Below, piece by piece: positions 1 through 12,027 of a stretch of 64,000 nucleotides of DNA. The DNA is from Rebecca billardiae RCC1528 (Eukaryota > Protista > Haptophyta), in NCBI GenBank assembly GCA_965240325.2, contig OZ251223.1, forward strand, positions 310,001 through 374,000. The letters run 5' to 3'. Under the pieces are notes generated by a model. That model was not told the origin of the DNA and searched no databases. It saw only the letters and a list, made by a program, of their open reading frames with translations. Positions within the stretch are counted from its first letter, which is position 1. Each line of letters starts with the position of its first letter. A program made the position numbers and the translations under genes.

Positions 1-53
<53 letters not shown>
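1..53. repeat. (TA)n microsatellite
   Basis: Pure TA run at the window start. Confidence 0.98.
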
Positions 54-55
<2 letters not shown>

Positions 56-157
56 TCATCATGATGCGCTCATGATGACGACTATATACTCTGCTGCTGA
101 CGAGTTACAATATAACATCGTCAGCCGTCGGCGTCGCAGTCGCAACGCGCCCAGACT

Positions 158-2909
158 TCAGAGCTCGAAGATGCTGTCGGCCGTGCGCTCGACGTCGCGC
201 GAGTGCACGCGCGTGTTGGTGAGGACGAGGACGGCGCGCGCGTCCGTCGCGAGCAGGGCGAACTCGCCCGCGACGTCGAGCGCGAGCGCGCACGGCGGGT
301 AGCCGTGGCTCCTCATCGCGAGGTCGACCGTGGCGCGCGGCTCGAGGCTGAGCGCGTCGAGCGAGCTCACCTCTCCGCTGCGGCTGAGCGCGACGATCGT
401 GCGGCCGCCGCGCGCGTACACGGCGCTGACGAGCTCGCACGGCAGCCGAGCGTCGGCGAGGCGCCGGCCGCGCGGGTCGTACAGCGCGAGCGCGGCCGGC
501 CAGCGCGAGGGCGGCGGGCGCGGGCGGCGCGGCGCCGGCGCCGGCGGCGTCGGCTTCGGCTCCTCGACGCGCCCCTCGCGCCGTAGACGCTCCCACTCGC
601 GCGTCTCCTTGGGCGAGCGGCGCGGCGGCTCGGGCTCGGACGCGCGCGCGGCCGACGCGGACGAGGGCGCGGGCGCGTGGACGCAGCCGTCGTCGACGAG
701 GACGACCGCCCGGCCCGAGATCGGGTCGATGTCGAAGCCGCACGGCGTGCCCGAGCGCGGCGGCTCCGCGTGCCACAGGAGCGCGCCGCGCTGATGGCAC
801 CAGCAGATAAGCTCGGCCGCGCCGCCGGACAGCACGACCCCGAGGCTCAGGTCGAGCGCCACGGCCTGCACGCGCGCGGCGTGGCCGCTGAGCACGTGCA
901 GCGGCACGAGCGCGAGGCCCGGCGCCGCGCCCGCCGCGCCGCCGCCGCCCATCGCGCCGCCCGCGCCCGCGCCGCCGCCGCCGCCGGCCGGCGCGGCGGC
1001 GCGAGGGCACACGACCCATGCCACGACGACGCCGTCTGCGTCGCCCGAGACGCAGTGGGCGGAGAGGGCGGCGGCGTCGGCGGCGGCTTGGGGCGGCGGC
1101 GGCGGCGGCGTGGCGAAGGCGACGCAGGTGACGCGCGCGCAGTGGCGCACGCCGTGCGCCACCGCCGCCGCGCCGCCGCCGTCCGCGCCACCCGCGCCGA
1201 GGCGCACGCAGCGCACGGAGCAATCAGCATGGCCGCCGCTCAGCAGTAGCCGGCCGTCCGCCGAGAAGGCGACGTCGCGGGGCGCGACGGTGCCGACGGC
1301 CGCGAGCGCGGGCGGCGCGCCGTCGTGCCCGCCGGGCGTGGCCGGGGCCGCGCCCGCCGCCGCGTGGCTCGCCGCGGCGCACAGCGGCTCGCGCACGCGC
1401 AGCGGCGCGCACGCGGGCTCTCGAGCGAGCTGCGGCCTCGCGCTCAGCGCGTCTCTTCCGGGAAGTTTCGCGCGGTACGCCCAGAGCTCGCCCGCGGCGG
1501 TGGCGAGGACGACGGCGCCGAGGGCGGGCGCGTACGAGATGGCGACCACGGCCGAGGGCAGCGCCTGCCGCTCCGCGCGCCGCGAGCCACCCGAGCCGCC
1601 CGGCGGCGTGGCGGCCGCGCCGTGCGCGCCGGGCGTGCGCGGCGACTGTGCGCCGGCGGCGGGCTCGGCCGCGCCGGGCGGCGCGTGCCGCGGCGCCGCG
1701 GCCGACGGCGGGTCGATGACGAACGGCCCGTGGAGGTGGAGGCGGAGCGAGGCGGCGCGCTGCTTCCGCGCGCCGTGCGACGTGCCCTCGTCCCACGCCG
1801 CGCCGAACAGCGCCTCGGCCGGGGTGGTGCCGTGCGCAAAGCGCGGCGCGGCGGGCGCGCCGGCCGCGGCGCGCGCGCCCGCGCCGCCGCCGCCGCCCGC
1901 GCCGCCGCCGAGGCCGCGCAGCGCGGCGGCGGGCGCCGGCCCCGCGCCGCGCGGCGGGTGCGGCCGCGTGAGCAGCTGCGCGGGGCACTGCCCGAACCAC
2001 TGGATCTGCTCCTCCGCCGCCTCGCGCTCGCGCCGACTCAGCCCCCGCAGCTCGACGGCGCCTTCGTACGTGAGCGGGTGGAATACGTTCAGAGCGCGCG
2101 CCGCCGGCTCGCCGCGCTGCGCGTGGCCGAAGATGAGGTCGAGCCAGAGGTGCAGCGTGGCGGAGACGCGCTCGGACTCGAGCGCGCGCCGGTTCGTCGC
2201 GACGAAGTGCTCCGCCGAGCGCGCCCACGGCGGAAGCACCACGTCGCCCACCTCTGCGCCGAGCTGCGTCGTGCCCAGCTGCAGCCGCAGGCCGTTGATC
2301 AGAAAGCTTGGGTTTGTGAACCACTCGGGGGTGAGCTCCTTGCAGTCGGCGGTGGAGTCGCGGCACGAGCGCCACGCCTGCGCGACCGAGCGGAACAGCC
2401 GGTCCGCCACGTCGAACCGCCCCTCCTGCATCTCCTTCGCGCAGCCCGAGAACGGCTGCTCCCGCAGACAGTACCAGAGTTGCGCGCCGGCGGAGAGATA
2501 GTGCGTGCCGTGGTGATAGGGGGCCGAGCCGCCCACCGCGCCCTCGGGCGGCTCGGTGGGCCCGTCGTTGTACTTGGACGCGACGTGCGCGGCGCGGCGC
2601 GGGTCCAGCGCGCCCATCGGCTTCGAGAGGTCGCGGAACGGCTCGGGCCGCCGCCCGCCCGCCGAGCCGGAGCCGCCGGCCGCCGCCGCACCGCAAGAGG
2701 AGGCGGAGGCGGAGCGGCGAGGCCGGCCGCATCCGTTCGCGCTGCCGGCGGTGGCGGCGGCGGCTGGTGTGGACGCGGCCGAGGTGCTGGGCGTGCTTGG
2801 CGCCGCGCACCCGCCGCCGCCGCCGCGCGCCGGCGTGGCGGGCGCGTCGCCATTCGGCGCCGCCGAGCCCTCGGCCGCGCCCTCCGCCGCGCCGCCTCCG
2901 CCTCCGCCT

Positions 2910-2976
<67 letters not shown>

Positions 2977-5314
2977 ACAGGTCCAAGCGCTCGCTCTCGT
3001 AGTCGGCGATGACCCACGGGCACACCGGGTACTGCGAGAGGTCGGCCACCGTGCGGCCCGCCAGATTGTTCATCTCGAGCAGCAGCTCGAGGTTGGAGAT
3101 CTGGCGCGCCTGCCACGCACACAGCGCGGCGTCATGCCGCGCAGCCACCGCGCGCGCCGAGCGCGACGGCGTGCGGCACTCGGGCACGAGCGAGGGCAGC
3201 GGCTGCTCGAGCACGCGGCGCAGCGCGGCGCGGCGCGCGCGACGGTCCGGGAACACGAGCACGCCGCTCGTCCGCCCGTCCGCCTCGATCGGCTCGACCG
3301 CGCGCCACGCCATCAGGTGTCGGCGGTGCTCGAGCCGGTGCAGTCTCGCAAGCGGCCACACGACCCGCCCGCGCGCGGCGCGCGAGAGGTCGTGGACGGC
3401 GTCGGCCTGCGCGGCGGCCTCGGCCTCGAGGGCGCGCGCGCGCGGCGGCGGGCCACCGCCCGCGCCGCGCCCGCCGCCGCCCGCCGCCGCGCCGCGCGCC
3501 GCGCGCGCCGCGCGCGCCGAGCCGCGCGCGGGCGCAGCGCTTGCCGGAGTGGGCGAAAAGACAAGGGCGGCGCGTGTGAGCGTGAGCGTACCCGGCGTCT
3601 TGTCGACGAGCCAGACGAGCTCGCACGCCCAGCGCGCGAGCGCGACGCACCCCTCGGCCGGCGCCATCGCCGCCGCCTCAGCGGCCGCGGCCGCAGCGCT
3701 GCCTGCGCCGCCGCGCGCCGCGCCGCCGCCGCCGCCCGCCATGCCGCCGCCGCCGCCGCCGCCGCCCGCCGCCGCAAGCGGGCGGGCCAGATAGGAGGCG
3801 GTGGGCGCGACGAGGGGCACGGGCGAGAGGGCGGAGGCGGCGAGCGCGCTCGCGGATGCGCCGCCGTCCGCGCAGCCCTCCTCGTCCGCCGCCGCCGCCG
3901 CGGACGCGCCGGGCTCCACGCCGCCGCGCGCGCTGTGAGCCGAGTCCTCGCCAAAGCCGCCGGCGCCGGCGCCGCTGCCGCCGCCGCCCGCCGGCTGCAG
4001 CCGACCGCTCGGCGGCGAGGCGGCGGTGCGGAGCGGCGAGGCGGAGGCGGAGGGCAGCGTCGACGAGCGCTCGGACGACGAGCCCACACTCGCCCCCTCC
4101 ACCGCGCCCACCACTGACCAGTCCTCGTCCTCGTCGTCGTCGTCGTCGTCGTCCCCCGCCTCCGCCTCCGCCTCCGCCTCTGCCTCCGCCGCCTCCGCTG
4201 CCTCCGCGCGCGTGCGCGCGCCGCCGCCGCCGTCGCACGCGCCGGCCGCGGCGCCGGGCGCGGCGCACGCGCGCGAGCCGTCGGGCCCCGAGCCCGCGCG
4301 GCCCGTCGCCTCCTCGCCGCCCTCGCCGCCCTCCGGCCCGCCGCCGCCCGGCGGCAGCTGTCCGCACCCGGCTAGGAAGGACGCGCGCCGCGCCATCGCG
4401 TCGCCATCTGAAAGCAGGGCGAGGGCGAGGGCCTCGGAGAGGCTCGAGCCGGAGCGGGGCAGTCGCGGCGGCGGCGCGGCGAGGCCCGAGTCGTCGAGCG
4501 CGCCGCCGAGGTGCGCGCCGCCCGACGGGCTGCGCGACAGCCGAGCCGGCGACAGCCGGCGGCCGGGTGAGCGCGGCGGCGGCGCGAGGCCGGCGCCGGC
4601 CGCTGCCTCGGCGCCGGCGCCGCCGCCGTCGAGCTCGGCGCCCGCCGCGTCGGAGACAACGAGCTGCGGCGGCGGGACGGAGAGGCGGCGCTGCGCGTCC
4701 GACGTCGCGCGGCTCAGCGCGCGGCTCTCCGCGAGGTGCCCGAACAGGTAGGCGCGCGCGCGGAACCGGCGCGCGCGAACGTGGCAACCGCGCGCCGCCT
4801 CGGCGGATTCGCGCTGCCAATACGCAGCGCCCTCCGCCCACGGTGGGCGCGCGTCGTCGCGCCACGCGCACGGCTCGTGCTCGCACGAGGTGAGCACGTG
4901 CGCCCACGCGCGCCGCGCGTCGGTGTCGAGCGCGGCGCGCGCGTGCAGCAGCGGCGCGTGCGCGCGCAGCTCGGCGGCCGCGGCGGCCGCCGCCGCCTCG
5001 GCCGAAGTGGCGCCGCCGCCCGCGCCGTCCGCCGCGCCGCCGCCGCCGCCGCCGCCGCCGCTCGGCGGCGCGCTCGCGTCCGGCGCGCCCGGCGTGTGCG
5101 CGAGCGCGCCGCGCGACGGCGCGTGCCCGAACCGCGCGGCCGCCCGGTGCAGCGTCGCCTGCAGCGCGCCGCGCGCCACCTCGATCTCACGGCCGATCTC
5201 AGCGGCGCGCGCGCCCACAGCACCCAGCACAGGCTCAGCCGTGCACGCTCGCTCGAGCTTGCGCTCGAGGTGTGACGCGGCGGCGGCGGGCGGCGGCGGG
5301 CGCGGGGTGCGCGA

Positions 5315-5350
<36 letters not shown>

Positions 5351-8300
5351 CGCGGCGGGCGGCGGCGGCGGCGGCAGCGCGGGCGGGCTGTCTCGACCCA
5401 CACTCGACGCGGCGGCGGCCGCGGCGGCGGCAGCGGCGGCGAGCGCGGCGGAGGGCGGCGGCGGTGGTCCCGGCGCGCCCGCGCCCGCGCCCGCGCCGCC
5501 TGCCGCCTCGGCCGCGGCGGTGAGCGCAGCGGCGGGCGGCGGCGGCGCGGCGGCACCACCGTCGGAGGCCGCCGGTGCCGCCGCCGCCGCCGCCGCCGCC
5601 GCCTCCGCGCCGCCGGGCGCGCCGGCGCGCGCCGCACCGAGCACAGGCGACGATCTGCCGTTGCCGAGCGCGCCGCCGCTCCCGCCGCCGCCGCTCCCGC
5701 CGCCGCCGCCGCCGCCGCACTCGCTCGGCGTGTGCGAGGTGGACGGCGTCGAGCCGCCGCCCGCGCTGAGCGCGGCGGCGAGCGAGCTCGCGCGCACCGA
5801 CTTGGGCGCGCCCGACGCGGCCGCCAGCTCCAGCAGCGCCGGCGTCAGGTCGAACCCCTGCCACGGCCGGCGCACGGTCGCGCGCGCAGAGTAGAGAGCG
5901 CCGACGACCGCGCGCGCGAGGGGCGTGGCTTGCTCGGGGTCGGCGGCGACGGCGGGGAGGATCGCGCGGCACAGCAGCTCGGCGATCGTGCCGCTCGCGC
6001 CGGCGAGCTCGGCGCGCGCGCTCGGCGCCGCCGCCGCCGCGCCGTCCGCGCCCCCGTCCTCGGCGTCGGCCGGCGGCGGTGGTGGCGGCGGCGCCGCCGC
6101 CGCCGCGGCGGAGTCGTCGGAGAGCGTGCTGCCTGCGCCGTCCGTCGAGCGGCGGGAGGCGATCGAGCGCGGCGCGGCGGCGGTGGCCGAGGTCGGGCCG
6201 GGCGGAGCGGGCGCGGGCTGGCACAGCGCGAGCGTGAGCCACTCCACCAGCACCGCCCACACGCGCCACGCATCCTCTGCGGAGCGCGCGCTCAGCGCGA
6301 GCAGCTGTGGCGCGGCCGCGCGCGCCGCCGCCAGCCGCAGGCGCGGCTCGGCGTCGGCGGCGTGCACACCGCCCACGCCGCCAAGCGCACCGCCGCACGC
6401 CGCCGCCGCCTGCGCCTGCGCCGGCGGCTGCGCGCACGGCTGGGGCGGCGGCCCGCTGTCGAGCTCGAGGCTCAGCAGCCGAACCGCGCTCAGCAAAGCG
6501 CTTGCTTCCAACTCGTCCAGCTCGGCGGCGGCGGCGGCGGCGGTGGCGGTGGCGCCGCGCTCGCGCGCGCTGTGCGCGGTGCTGCTCCCGCCCTCGGACG
6601 CGCCGGCGTCCGAGGCCGCGCCGTCCGCCGCGCCCTCCGCCGCCGCGCCCTCCGCCGAGCCCTCCGCGCCGCCGCCGCCCGGCGGCGCGCGCGGCCGCGC
6701 GCGGCCCAGCTCGGCGTGTGTGGCCCGTACGCGCGCCCACAATGAGGTGCCGCCGCCGAGCACGAAGCGCTCGGCGAAGAGGAGGGTGTCGGCGAGCCTC
6801 GCGCGCAGCCGCGCGCACGACGCGGCGTCCGCGCCGCCCGCCGCGCCCGCGCCCGCCGAGAGCACGCACGTCGCGGCGTCGAGCGTCGCGGCGACGACCG
6901 CGCACATCACCGGCCTATGCGCCATCCGCGCGCGCCCGAGCGCGGCCGCGTGCACGGCTGGCAGCGCGAGCGCGCCCTGCTCGGAGCCGCGCATCCGCGC
7001 GACGGTGAGCAGCCCGAGCAGCTCGACGGCCGGCCGCGCCGCGCCGCGCACCGCCGTGCCCGCCGCGACGCGCTCGCAGTGCCCCAGGCACAGCTCGACC
7101 GCCGAGGACTCGGCGGCGAGCGCGGCGGCACTCGGCGCTGGCGCTGCGCGCACCGCGCTCACAAGCCGACCGAGCACGCGCGCGCGCTCGGCGGGCGGCA
7201 TCGCGGGGGCGAGCGTCAGCCGGAGCGACTCGACGGCGAGCGGCGCGGAGCACAGCGCGCCGCTGTGCGCGTCGAACGCCAGCGCGCGGATCGCCTCCGC
7301 CGCCGGCGCCAGCGTCTCCGCCGAGCGCACGCGCGGCGCGAGCGCGGCGGCGCGCGCAAAGGCGCCCACCGCTCGCTCGAGGTCGAGGGTGGCGTCGCGC
7401 GCCGCCGCCTCCGCGCCCGCCTCGCCGCCGACGGCGGCGGCGCCGCCGACGCCGCCACCGACGCCGCCCTCGGCAAAGCGCACCGCGGCGAGCGCCGCCG
7501 CGGCGACGCCGGCGGGCGCGCCCGCCGCCGCGGCGCGCGCGCCGTGCGCGACGGCGCGCGCGTGCGCTCCCAGGAGCAGCAGGGCGGAGACCACGGTAGC
7601 GATGGCGGCGGGCTCGGCGACGGCATCGGCGGGCGGCGCCGCGCCGCCGTCCGCGCCCGCCGCCGCCGCCTCCGCCTCCGCCGCCCAGCTCTCCGCGAGC
7701 GACTCGAGCGACGCCGCGCCGCCGTCCGCGGCGGCGCTCGCGCGCGCGGCGCGCTCCACCGGTGCCGTGGCGCACGCCGCCGCCAGCAGCCGCTCGGCGA
7801 CTCGAAGCGCGCCGCCAGCCTCCGCGGCTCGCGCGAGGCAGCGCGCGCGCTCGCCGTGCTCCGCGGCGGCGAGCTTCGCCGCCGCCGCCGCGGCGCGCGC
7901 GTGCTCCGCGCCGCCGCCGCCAGCGGCCGCGTGCGCGGCCGCGGCTGCGTGCCGCGCGCGCGCGCGCGCCGCGTCGTCGCCCGCGCCGCGCAGCAGCCGC
8001 TCGAGCAAAGCTAGCAGCTCAGCGGCCACCGTCGGGTCGGTGCACGGCGGGAGCGGCGCGCTCGCGCCCGCGGCTGCGGGCGGGGTCGCGCGCGCCGCGC
8101 CGCCGCCACCGCCGCCGAGCGGCGGCTGCTGCTCGCCGTTGGGCGGCGCGGCGCGCGCCGCGCCGCAGCCAGCCGCCGCCGCCGCCGCCGCCGCCGCGCC
8201 GCCGGCAGCGCTGAGCGTGGCCGCCGCCGCGCGGCCGAGCTGCGAGCACACGTGCGCGACGAAGCGCGCGGCGGCGGCCGTGCTCGTGCCGCCGCCGCAG

Positions 8301-8598
8301 CCCAGGCTCTCGCCGAGGCCGAGCAGCGCGCGCCGCACGCGCATGTCGGCGAGGGCGGACGGGGCGGAGTAAGCGGGGTAAGCGGAGTAAGCGGGGTAAG
8401 CGGAGTAAGCGGGGTAAGCGGGCTGCGGCGCCGCACGCTCCGCGCCCGGCCAGCCGCCGCCGCCGCCGCCGACACTGCCACCGCTCCCGTCGAAGCCCGC
8501 GCCGCGGCCCGGCGGCGCGTGCGCGCGCGCCTCGAAGAGGGCGCTCACGAAATGACCCGCGCCGACGCGCGCGCGCAGCCACCGCGCGCCCTCCGACC

Positions 8599-8635
<37 letters not shown>

Positions 8636-11101
8636 GCCCGCGCCCGCGCCGCCCGCCAAGCCAGAGGCCTCGTTGGCGCGGGCGGCGGGCGGCGGCGTGG
8701 CGAGGGCGCGGAGCGCGCGCAGCAGCTGCAGCGAGACGGCGGGCGCGCACTTGGCCCACAGCCGCGCGTCCGCGAGCACGTGCGCGCACAGCGCGCGCGC
8801 GCACAGCGCGCGCACGCAGCTGCCGCCCAGCGGCGCGCGCGCGGCCGCGTGCGCGAGCGCGCGCGCCGCGCCTGGGCCAAGCGCGTGCGCGGGCATGGCG
8901 CGGAGGCAGAGGCTGAGCACGAGCGCGCCGCCCGCGCGCTCGAACGCCTCCGCCGGCGTGCACAGCGCGCACCCGTCCGTCGCGGACAGCGGCGCGATCA
9001 GCGGGTGCGAGCGCGCCACGCCCGCGCGGCTCGCCGCGCGCACCGCCTCGGCCGCCGCCCAGCCCTCCACCGCCGCGCTCGTCGGAGCCAGGCCGTGCTC
9101 GAGCTGGGCGAGCAGCAGGGTGAGCGCGCTGTCGACGCTCGTGCGCAGCGCGCCGTCCGCCACCGCGCTCGCGCACCCTCGCGCGCCGCCGCCAACGCCG
9201 CCGCCGCGCGACGACTGCCGCCGTGGCGCAGCTGGGCGCGCGGCGGACTCGGCGTCGGCGCCACGCGGCGGCGGCTCCGCGGCGCGACGCTCGGCGCCTC
9301 CGCTCGCGCCGCCGGCGAGGGCGGCCGCCGCCGCGTCGGCGGCCGCCGCCGCGTCGCGCGCGTCCGCGTCCGCCGACGCCACCTCGCGCTCCTCCTCCTC
9401 CGCGCCCGAGTCGAGATCGCCCGCGCCGCCGCCGCCGCCGCCGCCCGCGCCGCCCGCGCCGCCGCCGCCGCCCGCGCCGCCCGCGCCGCCGCCGCCGCCC
9501 GCGCCGCCCGCGCCCGCGCCGCCGCCGCTCGTCGCGCACACGTAGAGGGTGGATGCGAGGCGGCCTCGGGGCTTGGTGAAGGGCTTGTCCGCGCGGCTCG
9601 GCGAGCCGAGCAGCTGCGTGCACGGCAGCTGCAGCTGGCCCAGCAGCAGCAGCGCGAGCCGCACGCCGCCCGCCGCCTCCACGGCCGCGCGCACGTGCGA
9701 GCGCTCGATTGGCAGGGCGCCGCCGCGCAGCTCGCACACGCGCGCGCGGCCCTCGCCCGAGTCGGCGATGCGCAGGCCGTCGGCGACGGAGGCGGCGGAG
9801 AGCGAGGCGGCCGCCCGCCCGCCGCCGCCCGCCGGCGTGCCGCCCAGCGGCGTGCCGAACGGCTGCGCCACGCTCAGCGGCGAGCCGAGCTCACACGCCG
9901 CCGAGTGCAGCCAGCTGCCGCCGGCTGACGAGCCGCCGCCGCCAACATGCAGATTCGCGCCGTGCTGCCCCGCGCCCGAGTGCGCCGACGCCGCGGAGAA
10001 GAAGCCGCCGAGCGCGGACGAGCCCGCGGCCGAGGCGCCGCCGTCGAGCTCGCCCGGCGTGAGCGAGGGCTTGCGCCGCGCCGAGGAGCCCGCGCCGCCG
10101 AGCGCGCTCGGGAGAATCAGATCCCCGGAATCAAACGCGTGCCACGGAATCAGGCCGACCGCGCGCGCCGCGCACGCGAGCGCCGGCGTGGGCGTGCCGC
10201 CGAACTGGCGGAGCGCGGCGCACGCGCGCGAGCGCGCGCCGAGCGGCGCCGCGCCCGTGTAGATCAGCATGGCGGACAGCTCGAGCGCCGCGGGCGCCGA
10301 CGCCGCCGCCGGCGGGGACGGCGGCGCGCGCACGGGATGAGGCGCGCCCGACTCGGCGGCGCCGCCGGCCGGCGCGGCGGGCGACTGCGGCCGCGCGGCC
10401 TCGGCGCCGGCGAGCGCCCACGTGCCCGCACGCCCGCCGGCGGCGCACGACGCGCGCACAAACTCCGCGCCGCCGCCGCTGCCCGCGGCTGGCAGCCGCG
10501 GCAGCGCCACCTCGAGCGGCACGCTGTGCGCGGCGCCGCCGTCGATGCCCACAGTCACAGCGCTCGACTCGGGCCGCGGCGGCTCCGCGCCGCCGCGCAG
10601 CAGCTGGCCGAGGCGCTCGTGCCACTCGGGCTGCGCGGAGCTCGTCGTCACCGCCTCCACGCCGACGAGCGCCCAGCGCCCAGCCGGCAGCCGCAGCGGC
10701 AGCAGCTGCGTCACGCCTCCGCACTGAGCCGTGGCCGCGCCGGCGGCGCGCCCTGCGGCCGCGCCGGCAGCGGCGCCGGCGCCCGGGGGTGTCGCGTCCG
10801 CGTCGGCGGCGGAGGCGCTCGGCGCGGCGGCGCGCTCCCACTCGTGCGTGAGGTACAGCGCGCTGCTGCCCGGCCCGCCGCGCGCCGCCCCCTCCGCCGA
10901 CGCCGCCGACGCCGCCGCCCGCTCGGCCGCCGCCGGCGGCGGGGCGGGCGCGGCCACGGCCAGCTCGAGCGCCGTGCGACCCCACTCTCCAGCCGCCTCC
11001 CAGCGCCAGAGCACGCGCGGCGGCGGCGCGGCGCGGCGCAGCAGGTGCGCCGGTGGCGGCGGCGGCTGCCTCCGCGCCGCGCCGCCCTCCTCCTCCTCCT
11101 C

Positions 11102-11142
<41 letters not shown>

Positions 11143-11707
11143 GGCGCGCGCCCGCGCCGCGGCGGTGCGCTCGCGCCGTCTCCTGCTTCACCAGCAGCCA
11201 CGCGCCGAAGCTGAGGCCCTCGGCGGGCGCGGCGGTCGGCGGGCGCGTGTGCTTGAGCTTGAGGACGCGCACGTGCGCGCCCAGCTCGCCGAGCACGATC
11301 GACGCGCGCGGCGCGCACGGGTCGGCCGTCGATCGCGCGCACGCACTCGCGAGTGCATGGAGCAGCGCGGGCGCGGTGCGCGCCGGCTCCGCGCCGACGC
11401 GGCACGTGAGCGCGACGAGCGCGCGCACGTGGGCAGGCCGCGCGCTCACGCCGAGCAGCTGCCGCGCCACGCCCACCGCGGGCTCGAGCACCGCGTGGTC
11501 CACGTTGGTCGCGTACCGCGCCGACGCATCACCTGCGATCTCGAGCACGACTCGAAGCAGCGCGTCCGTGCGGCCGTACGGCGCGCAGCGCGCGACGTGC
11601 GCGATTGACTCGTCGAAGAGCTTGTACAGGTCCTCCAGCCGGTTGCTCGCGCTGATCGGGCTGTCGCGCCACGCCGCCAGGTCGTGCAGCACGAGCGCGA
11701 GGTCCAT
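158..11707 (-). CDS. BEACH-domain protein (neurobeachin/LRBA/NBEAL-like; PH-BEACH-WD40), about 3849 aa, apparently intronless
   Basis: One open frame. BEACH motifs WQARQISNLELLLEMNNLAGRTVADLSQYPVCPWVIADY, FRDLSKPMGAL, HHGTHY, FDVADRLFRS, ELTPEWF and LHLWLDLIFG; PH-like CELVWLVDKTPGTLTLT; C-terminal WD40 (LLSGGHADCSVR, LSGHAARVQAV). First in-frame ATG is at 11707 (MDLALVLHD). Confidence 0.9.
2891..2972. repeat. (GCC)n tract encoding poly-Gly inside the BEACH domain
   Basis: About 27 GCC/TCC triplets. Confidence 0.9.
8364..8420. repeat. 9-bp tandem repeat GCGGRGTAA x6 encoding (AYP/AYS)n in the BEACH protein
   Basis: Directly visible; translates as PAYPAYSAYPAYSAYPAYSA. Confidence 0.9.
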
Positions 11708-12027
11708 GGTGGCCCCGCCGGCGCCAGGGCGCCAAGGCGCTTCGAAAGCGGAAAGGACCCGCGCGATTCTTGCGCTTCGCCCGCTCGACTTCCGCCCTTT
11801 CGGGGCGTTCGTGACCGTGATCTCCCCGCACCGGCAGGCCGCACGCAGCGCTCTCGCGCGGAGGCGGCGAGGCGCGCGTCCGGTCGTCTCTGCAGTCTTT
11901 GGTCTGCACCACTGCCAGCCCAAGGGAGTCAGTCCCCTTGGCCAGCCACTGCACCCTCCCGCCCTTCACCGGACTGCCTGAATCTCGCCTGCTTCCCCAG
12001 CAAGCTGCAGTAGCGGCAGTCGCGACG

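Noticed and set aside
11708-11923. Non-ATG upstream extensions in the ORF track (also 18282, 32425, 36607, 59883)
   Set aside because: In a eukaryote the first suitable ATG gives coherent N-termini, and the extensions run into promoters or neighbouring genes.
105-11981. Many long overlapping Arg/Ala/Pro-rich ORFs here and throughout the window
   Set aside because: They are shadow frames caused by extreme GC content and show no domains.
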